Positions 26,420 to 39,100 of a stretch of DNA of 64,000 bases are shown here, in pieces. Both the position numbers and the translations under genes were made by a program. Location: contig JAYWIR010000023.1 of the NCBI GenBank assembly GCA_036172245.1, positions 1,116,001-1,180,000 on the forward strand. Reading direction: 5' to 3'. The notes beneath the pieces are model-generated. The model was not told the DNA's origin, ran no database searches, and saw only the letters and a program-made list of their open reading frames with translations. Each line of letters starts with the position of its first letter. Positions within the stretch are counted from its first letter, which is position 1. The DNA comes from Raillietiella orientalis. Its lineage: Eukaryota.

Positions 26420-27190
26420 ATAGCTGTGGCCGAGGCGTACAAGAACTGGTCGCTCAGGGAGCCCCTAGTAAGCAAGCAAATGCCTTCCGGGCTGCTGGAG
26501 AGGCTCGCCGAACTCGAGAGCTGCAAGCGAGCGCACCGCAAGCGCCTCAGCACGCAGAGCGAGCAACTCAAAAGAGAAGCGTCGGAGACGACTCCGAGCT
26601 CCCTACTTTCTATCGCAACTGCAGCGGGGTCATCTGCGTCAGATGGAGGCGGAGTTGTAGGGTCGCTGATGGCGACAAAACCCCGGTGGGGGTGACGCAA
26701 AGTTCCACTGAGGTGTCGGGAAGCGCCTGGGCGAAGACCGCCCGCAGTCGCAAGCGGCTCGGTATCTGTTCGAGGCATCCAGGGTCATCCTCAAGGGATG
26801 ATCGCCTCTTCCCAAGGCAGACGACCCGAAGCGCCACCGAGGGGCAAGGAGCTAAGGACGAAGAGTCAGTCTTAATGGATTCCTCACTGGCCCGCTCCGG
26901 GTGCGTCGGAGGCCCACAGGCGAAGATGCGCGAACGCCGGCCTAGCAAGAGGTTGGGGTGGCGGGGAAGACGCGCGCGGGGTCCGACCTCCAGGGCATCG
27001 TCCGCGATGCTCTCATAAAAGGAGGAAAATTGTCGGGGAGAGGTCAGCAACCGATGCTACAGCATTGCCGTCTGTTTATTGTTTCGGTCTCGAGCTCAGA
27101 GGAAGATGTCGGTCGTCAAGGAAGTAGACCCTGATGGTGGGCACCCCTGCCGTCCTGCTGCTGCAGAAGCTTCGCCACCGTCCTACAGTA
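26420..27190 (-). mobile_element. Possible decayed DIRS-type (tyrosine recombinase) retrotransposon remnant
   Basis: IRVYFLDD (RT YLDD-like), then SLAPCPSVALRV (LCPV.AL-like) and LALRAEALAVRSLAALEFGEPLQQ (HS.RA...G.PL..I-like), in RT-then-YR order. Confidence 0.3.
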
Positions 27191-28099
27191 CCTTCCACAG
27201 GTCGCCATCTTCAGCGGGAGCTGAAACCGGAAGCTGAGGGGGACAATTCCGGGGAATCCTTCGGAGAACGGCGGCCTTAAGAAGGATCTGAAAGGGGGAC
27301 CAAAGGGTCCCAGCGGGGGGGAAGGAACCGGGTCCCGGAAAGGACCCTGGAGGTCGAGGGACCCGCCTGAGGGTCTTAGCGGAAAGGTTCCGGGAAGATT
27401 CTGAGGGGTTTGAAACCCTCCGGGAAAGAGAAGATGGAAACGCGACAGGAGATTAAGGAACGCGAGTCTCCCAGAAACGGTTTAAGAGAGGAACCGCACA
27501 CTGCCGGGCACGGGGTCTCCCTGTCTAGCTTCTGCACGAAAGTCACTTGAGAAGAGGGTCACAGAGCCTCGCGGACATCCCTGCATCCTCGGAGACGAGG
27601 AGGTTCCCTTGGATTTCTCTTAGGGCTCTTCCCTCGATGCTTCCGTCTCCGACCCCGGACACCACCATGAACACCAGAGCTTAGGGCTTCCTGATGACGG
27701 GGAACACTTTGGCTCCTCGACGGGTGGGACTCCCTCAGGAATGGGAGAGTAGCGCCGCCCGCGGAGCGCGCCTTCCGCCTGCGGCGTTGACGGGAGGTCG
27801 TCGAGCGCACCTGGTGCTGGTGGTGGTGTTCCCGCGAGACCTCAAGCAGAGAAGGGCTGCTGATGGCTTCCTCTTCGTCCCTAACAGCCTCTTCCCCTCG
27901 CCAATCCATACAGCTTCTGGCTCCCATCCACGAAGAGCCGCGTCGAAGTGACTCTGGCGGGTGGGGGCTCGGAAAGACTCCTCAGGGCAGCAGTGTCAAG
28001 TTAAGGAGCCGTTCCCGGTGGGAGAACGTCAGCAGTAGGCGGCCGGTCGGTGTTCTATTTTTTGAGACCCGCTCAGTTACCCCCCTCCTACACACATGC

Positions 28100-28440
28100 A
28101 CACACCAGATTTCTCCTTACACACCGCGACCTTTGACCCCATGCATGAACGTAAGACTGAGGTCGAACTCTTGCACGCAATTTTTTCGAAAAAACTGTCT
28201 CGGGGCATCCAGAGCGAAGTGTTGCTGACCCCGACGGCTGACCTGCTCCAATGGCGCGAAAAGACTTGCTATCTTTCCGAGCCCTCGAGAAGGTTAGGAA
28301 AGCTGCATGGAAGGCTGCAGAAGTGTGGAGATGGCGAATCTTTTCGATGACCTGGGATAAACGGATATTCCACCGAGTGTACGCAAGGTGTCACGCTGGA
28401 ACAGGCCGCCAATTGCCGTCCCTGTCCGGAAAGCGGAGAC
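28100..28440 (+). mobile_element. Possible Ty3/gypsy gag remnant
   Basis: ELLHAIFSKKLSRGIQSEVLLTPTADLLQW and the later QAANCRPC resemble gypsy Gag LL..IFL..LP..IQ..L and the A..C..PC knuckle. Confidence 0.3.
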
Positions 28441-30165
28441 TGTGATTGAGGGTTGACCCGACCTGGCCGAAGAAGCAGTATCTTGTCGGCAGCCTGGGTC
28501 TACGAGTTGTCCCGAACAGCAGCGAAAATTCGGAGGAAGGAGCTGGCCGCGATGATGCTAATTTCTTAAGCGTCCCAGGTTCCACCCGAGCGACGACGAA
28601 GAAAGGAGGGAAAGGATGAAGAGAAGGAGGAAAGCGACCAGCAATATTAATTCCCGAATTTTCCCCAGTCTTCACCCAGTGCGTCAACTCTATACGAAAA
28701 CTGCTCTGAACTGTGGTGCGCTGGAACTCACATCAAAGGTGTTTTGATTGTTAAGTTGCTACGTCTTGAACTTTGACCTTATTTTGCGTTGTTAGATCAT
28801 CCTGGGTTATTCGGGAATAAAATTCCTCTTTCCCTTCTAGCTCTGCTCGGCTCGGAAAAAATCTCAAAACCAGGAATTTCATGCAGGCAGCATTGGGAGA
28901 CTTTTCTGGCTCGGCACGGGAGGGGAGTAGGGAGTTTCGGGTGAGGAGAGTGAGCAGCGCTGCGGGTACCTCCGAGGTGTGGGCACCCTCTTGGCAGCTT
29001 CTTCTTGCAGCGGAGAATGGCAGCGCCGCGCGGGAGAGGAGGGAGTACTGCAGGGTCAGGAGGGAGGGCACCGTCGACGTCGGGAAACCGGGAGGAAGGA
29101 GGGGATGTCCTCCGGAAGCTGCGATCCGCCGTCCCTGGACGGGCGCGGGGCGCGTTATGGGATTCACAGGCACGGGACGCTGAGCTGCGCCGCATGCTCA
29201 CGGGGGGCGCACAACGAGCGCCGGTTCGGGCGATTCGCAAAAGACCATGCGACCCGCGGGATGGCCTTTCTTCGAGACCAGAGATGGGCCTGAAGAGACG
29301 AGGAAGGGAGCAGTAAGCAGCGCCTTCCCTCGCTGCCTACTGCTCCCTTCCTCGCCGCTTCCGGTTCGGCGTTCCCCTGAGTGATGGCACAAGCACTCTT
29401 CTTGGCCACTAAGCGGCGGGAGAGCAGAAAGCGGAAACAACAATCCAGCCGTCTCCATGGCTCCCCCTCGAGAACGGAAAGAAAGAAATCCAGCGGAGAA
29501 CAAACTGCCTTCGGAGCCAAATCGACCAGAGTTGTTTGGCTGGCTCCCCTGGACGCCTGACTGAGGCCACCCGCCCCGTAAGTGGGAGCAATGCTCGCGC
29601 CCAGCGCCTTTCGGCAGTCCCGCGTACGGCGCGACGCGGAGCTCCGACCCTTGGAGGGATCGGCCGCCCCTGGGACTGCCTCTCCTCCAGGAAGGGCAGC
29701 TCCCGCCGTCTCCCTCTTCCCTCCCTCCGTCCCACCTTCGGACAGCGAAAGGGGGAGCGCGCCAGCGCGGCTCAGGACACCTCTGAAGGACAACGTATCC
29801 AATACTCCCGAGGACGCGAACCAGTCCTCTTACGAGGAAGCCGCTACACGGAGCTCAGCCGGGAGACGAACATCCCGGCAGACCTCCGAGTGTCCCGGGT
29901 ACGGTGCTCCAGGGAAGGGGAGGAGATCGGCTGCTCCCCTCGCCGGTCCTGCAGAGCCAGAAGCTAAAGGAGGGAAAGGACGGGTTCGATCTCTCACCAC
30001 CGAGGTCTGCCTGGATGTCTTCACGACGACGGGGACGGAAGGATGTGCGTTTCCCCTTCGCTCCTCCTCCTCCTTTTCCTCTCCGCTTTCCCGCAGGCTC
30101 CCGTCGCGGCCGCGGCGCGCAAAGTCGCTCACAGCATCCTCAGCCGCAGGCGTGTCAGTTTCCAG

Positions 30166-33100
30166 ATGAAGGCCTGCGCTCTGGCTGCCGTCGTCTCCCT
30201 CCTCCTCCTCCAGGAGAAAGCATCCTGCTTCCCGGCCGCGTTCCTGGTAGGACCCGAGGAGTACAAGGTGCTGACGAGGGAGCTGTGGGCGGAGGAGCTC
30301 AGGAAGAACTTCGGGGCGGAGCTCAGCACCAGCATCGGGAGCCAAACCTTCGACCAGTAAGCAGGGGACCTTGTGGGCACCTTAGCAGGGTCCGCGTGTG
30401 GGCCGCGAAGCTTCCAAGCCTCCCTCCCTGGGAGCCGGATCGTTCTCCTCCTGGCACCTCCTAGGCCGCGCTCGGGATCCCAGGCGAGGGCAGGCACCGC
30501 TCGGGAAGAGCAGGAGCTGACCTCAACCTCCCGCTAGAGACGATGCTCCTCCTCCCTTTTTCTTTCTTCCCCTTCCCTGAGGATGAGCCCAAGAGGGCAT
30601 CCGGGATGACCAGAGGGAGATGGGCCGCCCGACCCTTCTGCTCACCGCTGGTGTCCCTCTGCTCGAAGACCCTGTTCTCCTGGGAGCACTGGGAAGGCAC
30701 TATGAGAATACCGAACGAGGGAATGCACTGGCCTCGGCACCACCGCCTCAGGGAGTTTTGTGGAGATTCTCCCGGCATGCTCACCAGCGCCCGAGAGCTC
30801 TCTATAGGTACCGAATTCGAAAGGGGATAAAAAAACACGAAGTGGTGGAGACCTCTCTCCCCCCCCTCAGACTCCCCTCATCTGGGCAGAACTTCGACTA
30901 GTCCTCCCAAGCGCCGCTCCTCTCATGCCGGCACACCTCTCATGCTGACCACGCAGGGGATTCCTGGAGAATCGCACTCGGGCTCCACCACACTCCTTCT
31001 CCCCCTTTCCCCTTCATCTCCTTCTGCGAGGCCGCTGTGCCCCTGCCGAAGCCTCCGTGCCGGTGTTGAGTGAGATATGCCCGAAACAAGTCCAGCAGGA
31101 GAGCTGCAGACCTTGCCACGCGCGCTCCCGTTGCGGCGGGGAACAAGTGCCCGAGCACGCACCGGTACCGAGGTCCGCGGCGCGACGGTGGCGCGGTGGA
31201 CGGGAAGCGGCGAGGAACCCCCCTCTGTGGACCTATGAAGGGCGTTCCGTGGGCGCAGAGGTTTCAGTTCTCAGGACCCAGAGGCCACCTCCTCACCTGA
31301 GGGCGAGCTGGCAAGCGGGTCCTGCGCATAGGGCGCGAAAAATCGAAAACGAAAACAAAATGCCCTCTTAACCAGCGTTCTCGCGCTGCGGATTTCCCAC
31401 GGAAGCGGTCCCACGCCAGTATGGGAATCTGGACATGGTTCGCCCTTTCCGGGAACGACTCCCGAGCCGCCGCATCCCACCCTGTCTGAGAGCAGCGCTC
31501 TCTCGTCGGCATGCCTGGCAGCAGAGAGAATCTCGCGTTTCCCGGGGCGACGAAGCGCTCGGGGTAGGTCTTCCAAATTCCAGAAGGTCGCCCGAGAAAG
31601 GGACGGTTCCGGGAACCTCCGGGGCTTTTTAGGACCTGAGCAAAAAGTTTCCACTTCGGTTCGATCAAGCACCCAAAGGGGCTGCCCTTCCTCTTTTCTT
31701 CCTCCTCCCTTCCTCTTCCTCCTGTTCTCCCAGCTGTACCTTTGAAGACTCCTACGCTGCCACGAAACGAGCAGTTACGCGCTCGTTTGGAGCCGGTGTG
31801 TAGGCCCTTGTGTATACATGGACTCCCCACAGTTGTGCATGGATTCGACAAGAGTGAGGGGCTGCCCGACTAGCCCGACGCTTCCCAGCCCTCTTTCTTT
31901 CGCTTCCGAAACGCCGGTGACCCATCTGCGCACGCAGGTGAAGCGCGCGTGCAAGCACACATAACAAATGGGTCCGTTCGCAGTGTACGCTCACGTACTG
32001 CAAAAACAGGCTGATGAGAATGAGCTCCTGGCCAGGCCGATCCAAATGATGAAGTTCACTCTTCCATTAACCCAAATTCACGTGGATGCAGCACGGCAGC
32101 CATGGCGTGCCACAACATGAAGCCCTGCCGCTCGCCCGTCATGGCGGAGTTTCTTCTGCATGAGGAAATACGAAGCGCGAGCTCAGTTTCATTCATAAAA
32201 TGAATATCTGATTTTCATTCATGATGATACCGAGGAAGAAGTTTGATCCCTAAGGTTTCGAGAATCTAAGGGAAGAACCTTTCGAACACGTGCTATTAAT
32301 CCCTTATTCTCTCGGTGCCTTTCTGGTAGCAGAGGAGTCCGTCCATCGCTTGCCACAACAACTGCATCTGACATGACTGCTACACACTAAAGTTCTGCAA
32401 CCAATTGCTGCAATCCACAAGAAGCATCAGGGAGCTATGTGATCAAATGGCTAGTCCAAATGCTGGTGCGATGCAAAACATTTTTCCTTTTTCCCAGGGA
32501 ACGGAGCAAGTGCCTCCTGTGCTACTGCCTGTCTCAGTAGCAAGAACTGACGGTGTGTGTGCTAACCTGCACCATTCTTCTGCCTACTGACACGCACGTT
32601 GCTGCACATTTATAGGCTTCTAAGCTTCAACATTTTTGCGAAATTTCCCAAACGTGCTCACAGAGCAACTCTGGTCCACTGACTTGCTTTGCAGCACTCT
32701 CCCCTTCTCCTTCCGTCTCCCCTCTTCTACTTCCAGTTTGCATTCTTTAATCACCTTAGCCACAGAGAACGGGGTCTCTTCACCAGTGTAAGGGTAAGCT
32801 CTTCTCTTGCAAATCGCTGCTCGATCACGAGCAAAGTTGAAAGCAGTGTTTGCGGGTGGTGACAGTGGGTCTTTCTCGACTTGAATCAGATGTCAACAAC
32901 CAACCCGTGCGTGTTTCATCTTCGACACTTCGGAACGGTCTCGGTCGCATGTTCGGAAAAGACTCATTAGCAGCCTTCTTGAGCATTCTCAAACCATTCT
33001 GAACCACAAAGCGTAACAAACAAATTCTTGAGCATTTCCGGTATACCGAAATCTTTGGCAGCTTCTTTTGCGTGTCTTCGCTTCCTTTGTCCACTTTTTT

Positions 33101-36100
33101 TTTTGCCTGAACGAAACGAGAGCACCCCTAAGAGCTTCTCGAGACTTCCAGTTGTTCTACGTATCCAACACTTCACTCTGAAACCAACCTTCATTTCTAT
33201 TGTTCCATCGCTGAGTAAAAATGCTACTGCATTTAATACTGGATCTTTAATCACTTTCTTTTTCTTCTTTTAATGTTAATGTTATACAAAGTTCAGCGGT
33301 AAAGACTACTATAGTTTCTCCAGATGCAAAGAGTATATGAAAGGGAAGCTGAAGCAGTTGGCAGAGCACGAGTTTTTGCAAAGACTCTAGAGAAAAAGCA
33401 TGATAAGATTATTGTACTAAACAAATATAGAGAGTAAATAGAAGTGGCAAATAAAAATTGTATCATCGTCGATGATATAGTTGATTCTGGTGGAACATCA
33501 TGCAATGCAGCTCTTGCTTTCAAAAGTCACGTGGCAGAGTCTGTAATTTCATGCATTACACATGATGTGCTTTCAGGAAATGCAGTTGAAAAAATCTCTT
33601 TCTCTTCTTTAGATAAATTAGTGATATCTAACATAAGATTGGAGTAGCTTTAGCTTCTTTCCGCGCCTGCAGCGCAGCTTACAGCCTTTCGGCTTCAGCC
33701 GGTAGTGGAGTTGAGTCTTTGTAGCATATTGGCCAATTCAATAACTTTTGGCTCCTTTTAGAAGAATATCCATGTGATTTTGCTAACCTATTAGCTTTTC
33801 TCCCTATTGAACATGAGTAATGCTTACAGCAGCAGTAATACGAGTAAACTAGAAAAATTACTAACTTTTCTGAGGATCAGTTTAACGTAGATTCCGATGT
33901 GGACCAAGAAAGTGTTGATATTCAGGATGACGAGGTAGAAACCGAAATAGAGTCTCATCTCTAGAGAGGTGAATGGTAGAGGAACTCGTTCGCTCTTCGA
34001 CCAGTACCAAGCATCAGAACATCAGAACAGGGTCGAAAGCATCCCTCTGCTCCTGTTGGCCTCTGAAAACAAAACGGGAACGGAGACATCCGGCTTGCAA
34101 ATTCTGTCCAGAACACAAGAGACCCAACCAAAGTTTAGATCTCGAGAGATATCAGTGTTGCTAGGATTTCAGGAAAATCAAGAGAAGTAGGAGTGTGCAC
34201 GGCGACATCAGAGACGGCAGGAAAACGATCTCGGATGTGGTGACTGGAGAGCTAGCCAGATCCTCATCCCAGCTCCATCGCCCTGCCACATAGCCATGGG
34301 GCGTAAAACAATCTGCACGGATGCCGGACGCCATCTTTGACAATTAGCAAATCTCCACATGTTCTCGAATCTTGGAATTTTTTCAGGTTTTCGAAAAGGA
34401 TGCTCTCTATAGCAACATCCGGAAGACTGGTACACAAAACTCCCTGCAAGAGACGCACGGCTGCGTCCCATCACGCCGATTTCCGAGGAGTTTTCGGCTA
34501 AGAGAGAGAGAAGACATTTAATGGGAAGATCTGTGCTGAGCGTCGCGGAACGATCGATCTCTGTTTCCGTGGTGAAGTCGCGGCTGCTGAAAACTGCTCT
34601 CAATCGTGAGCACGGTAAAGAAAACTGAAGGAAGATGCACCCTCTCGCCCACGAGGTGGAAAAAACTCGTCCAGTAGCTCACTGAGATTTGTTGCTTGGG
34701 CAACCTGCAACTCAGAGTACTTTTTAACGTAACTGGCTTCAACGTAATCCTTACTGTGCGAACAAGTCCCAGAGGAGCATTCCAAAACGCAGCTAACAGC
34801 ACAGCTGCCGACTAGGCTGTTTCTATCACATTGATGGTCATGCTTGTAGACGCGGCATCTGACATAGCTGATTTTTTTTTAACCGTTCCGCATTCTCACA
34901 TCGATCTTTGTGAATTTCTCATTTGTATTTGCCGTGAGGTTCGAAAAAGCCACAGAGGAGTTCACCTAGGATTTCGAAATAAAAAAGAAGCTGGCAGTGG
35001 TATTTCCGCATCCAAACCTCAGCAATGCTCATATGTTTCTTTCGATCTTACCATTTCGAATGGACTCTTCAGCGGACACGGTTTTCCTCATCGTATTGGC
35101 TCTCCTTTTTCATGACCTTCAGTTACGAAATGGATGACCGGGGTCTGTTGACAGCCGGTGAGCAAGACGCTTTGTCAAGACTCTTTTGCAATAGGAAATT
35201 CCTTTCTAGACAGACATCGGGTGGGGGGAGGGACATTTGTTTTCCTCTCCTATTTTACCGCGCGTTCGCTACCGCATGGATGCTCCATGGACGACTTCCA
35301 GGAACACAAAGTTCAACCCAGTTCGCCTCACTCCAGTGGAACAGCGCGCTCCAAACTTCCGAACGATCGCACACGCTGGTGTAAGGAAAGCAGCTAGAAA
35401 CCGAACCAGCAGGGCAGAAACCTCCGGTTCGATCCCCAGCTGGCCCTATCTAGCATGTAACCGTGGAGATCCGACACTGAACGCACCGATGTCCGGAAAG
35501 AGCAGTTCAGCACACACACGAGGCCGCGGGAATGGATCCGATGCGAGCAGCGCCCTATTCCCTCTTCGTTTGGTTTATCGGCCTCCATCCGGAGATGAAG
35601 AAGGCGCTCGTCCTCAGAGGCCTCTTCATTCACCCGCCGACGGATGGTCAAGCTAACAGAAGCAATCCGGGGACCGCGAAACGTCAACCGCCATCGGGGG
35701 ATTTGGCGCGTGCAGCTTCATGCCGTGAGCTCAATTGAGGACGCGCGGATGCAAAATGGATGAGTCACTTTCACGATTCATGCGAACCTGCCTGCTTGGC
35801 TATCTTCCCGTGGAGTTCGGCTGGAAGAGTCCCCACCGACCTTTCTCTGCGCGACTCCGAGGCGGGCGGATGCCAACATGAAGATTTGCTCGAGGAGTTC
35901 CGCGTCATGAGCTTTTGTCTCTCTCATAGGTTCGTCTCCAGGAAGCCGACGTCGGAATACATAAATTCCACCTGGGTGAAGACCTTCATCAGGCTGCTAG
36001 AAGAGCAAAGGCCTGAATTGGAAGAGGAATGCCTGAACCATTTCAGTAATACGGAAATTTTCGAGATAATGAAACGCTTCCTGGTTCGAAAAGGTGAGTT

Positions 36101-39100
36101 CGCATCTGTCGTTCAGGTGAGCCCTGTCGGTCTATCGGTTCCTACGGGAATGCATACCCTCGCCGGCAGGCGCGGCCGTCAGCCCACTGGTAGCCACTTT
36201 CAACTGGCTGTGAGACTCCTCTAGATTTTCGATGAGGACCGGCTCTGATCGAGCTTTCGTCCGCTTCCATCCCTTCACCGTTCGTCGACCGTTCTCCTGG
36301 AATGCCGGGACTCCTTATTTCAAAACTCTTCATCCAGTCTCTGGAACGGCTTTTTACCAACCGGGGGAGCATCTGAGAGATGGGATCTTGTTTGCCCTTG
36401 TACCGTACCGTCCGACTGTCTCCAGAGGGGACGATTCCGGCTCTGCCTGCTTGCACCTGAGGTCGTGCTCGAAGCTGCGGGCGGAGCCCTCTGTACCTCT
36501 CTGATTGCTGTCCGGGCACTCCATTGCTGCTTCCTTCCTTTGCTTCCTGACCGACGCTGCTGAAGTTTGCCTTCCTCTGCAAGCAGTGATTGCATCCTCT
36601 TCCTATCTGAACACTCTAGCATCCTCTTGCTCTTTGCGGATGTTCTCGTATAGGATGGAGAGAGAAAATGTATTTTTTTTTTTTTGCAGTGAAACAAAAA
36701 CAGACACGCAGCTCAGCTGGGGGGAGTCTGGAAACGTGAGCGGAACACACGCGTACTTAGAGCACATCAGGGTCAGAGCCCATTTTGTCTGTTGTCCAGG
36801 GAATAACTGTTCATCTCATCATCTTTCACCTTACCGGACTAACGAGAAATTTTTTTTTATTATTATCCAACTCCTCATCCACACGCTCTGACAAAAAGGA
36901 TAAATGAGTTTCCCTTGCCTTTGGAGAGCTGAGAAGTGATCATGAGATCGATCAATCGGAACGCTCCCCCGTACGATGTTTGGAGATGGAGGCTTAACAG
37001 GCCTCCCGCACTGCATCCCCAACAAGGAGACCGATGCTCGGATACGGCCTCCGAAATTCCTAAGATGGCACTCAAAAAGGCTCGACAACCTCCTTGTTTC
37101 CAACTCGTAAGGGAATCAGGACTCTTCAGAATTGGTTCGCTCCCGGTGGAGCAGCACGGGGCGGCTGCCGCTCGCCGAGTTCGTCGGAAACCGGGAACCA
37201 AAGTAAAGAGGATCTCGAAGATGAAAGATGATCGAATCGAAGATTTTTTTCTTGAAGGACTGAACACCCAGAATCTCGTAGAATCCGAGGGATGAAAGGA
37301 AATGCTGGCTTGGTGCACTGTCGAGATTCCCGAAGAGGAATCAGGGGGCGTCTACTGTCTTCCCGTGGAGCTCGGAGCTCAGAAAACTCTCCTGAACTCG
37401 GTTACCTCTGCTTTCCATGTTACTCACTTCGGTAAGCGTCGGGGAATCTATAGATTCCTCGTCTGCATCGTGCTGCTTGGACCTCCAAAGAAAAGCCATC
37501 GACAAGGTTCTGTTCCTTCACTCTCACAAGGCTACGGCTACGTGCTAGTCTCCCCAACTTCCTCTAAGTGAGAAGAAATCTGCAAAACGGACGGCTTCTC
37601 TCCTCCTCCCCTCCTCCTTCCGAAAGAAAAAAAAGAAGTTCGCTTTATGGATGGGGCACTTCGTGACTTGAACCATCCAATCAGCTCATGCCTTAGTAGC
37701 ACAATCATTGGTGCTACGGACTAACGGCAGCGACAAGCAGAGAAGGAAGCAGCAGATCCCTCCATGAGCTAGCCCTCACGTGAAACGTCCGACATACGAA
37801 GTGCAGGTGCTGCAGAACAGAAACGAATGCGTTTCAAAGCTACGCTGGTCATCAGCAGGAAGTGCAGATGATTCACAAACCGACAGCAAAAGACCCCTAG
37901 GTAATCTACTTCAAATGGGAAGAGCTCCGCTGACCGATTGCTACTCATGAAACCAGAGGCACCGGTCACGCGGGAAACTCCTCCGGAGAAAAGAGAAAGG
38001 CTTTACTGGGAACCGCGCGAAAAGATAAACAAGGAATCTCTCCGTAGGCAAACGTGTGGGTCGCGACCTCCTGAGGAGTCGTGGGTGAAATTCCGGAAGA
38101 TCGCAAAACTTCAGTCCTCTTTTCTTTGTCAAGTCATTCGAATCAAGCGAGTAATTTGTTCTTTCATTTAACTGCAGCTGCTCTCAACGTGATTGTCCTG
38201 TACACATGAGAAGGTGTGTGAAAAGCCATTCCGAGCAGCAAAAACAACGGGATTCTCATTGTGTTAGCATGGTACGAAAATGCGTTGGAAAAAGATGAAG
38301 AGTTCGTGTATAATGCGCTTTCGAAAAAGAGACCGTGGTTGGATAACTTTCATTCACACTGTAGTTTCCGGTTTTAACGATCGAGTGCATCAAAGGGCTC
38401 ATCACTTAGTCAGATGCGCTTAGTTGCCACGTCACCCCCCTCTCCCCCAAGCACACACACCAAGCACACACTTCAAACTTGAGATAAAAGTCAAATATTT
38501 CCTAATGCCATTGACATCGGGATTGTTACAAGGAGCTGCAGATCCAGGCTTACCTAACCTGATGCGTCTCGCAAATCTGGTGCAATGAAGGAAACCCTAG
38601 GAATCGGTGATGGCCTCCATAAAGCAGCCTCCTTCGTTGCATAAAATAAAGTAGCTGTTACAACCAAGTAATAGGGTCTGCTGATCCTTCGCTCTCTTGT
38701 CTTCGCACGCCTGAAACGAGCAAGCAGATGGCTTTGGGTAAATCCTCCTGCTCCCTGTATCTGTCACCCCGATTCGTTTGCCCGCTGCCTCAATCCCAAT
38801 TCTTCAGTGTTCAGGAGACCAACCTCTTTAACGGATAGAGCGAAACCCGTGCCTGGCAAGCCAGCAGAGAGAGGCAGCATCGTCTGAATCGACGAGCGCC
38901 CCGCCTTCCAAGTGCTCCTGGGACGGATCCGTCTTTCTTCCATCTTCCTTCCATGCGTGTTTGTGCGTGTTTGGAACTACACGTTGAGTCGTTGCAGTCT
39001 CGAAGGGGGAGCACAGAAAAATCGCTTCAAAGATCTGCTAGGAGAGGAGATACCAAGGAAGATAGCTGCGTGCATTCAAGAAAAGTAGGAGGATGGATAA

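Noticed and set aside
1..31900. Hundreds of overlapping 60-350 aa ORFs on both strands
   Set aside because: They are Arg/Pro/Ser/Gly-rich with no domains, as expected from stop-codon scarcity in GC-rich non-coding DNA. Only the Tweedle exon and EndoU exon 1 are supported.
32350..32820. Minus-strand GSSTGG resembling a patatin GTSTG motif
   Set aside because: A single short motif amid stops, with no DGGG or DGG blocks seen.
33180..33257. NAVAFLLSD as a short-chain dehydrogenase C-terminus
   Set aside because: Too short to assign; kept only as part of the mosaic island finding.
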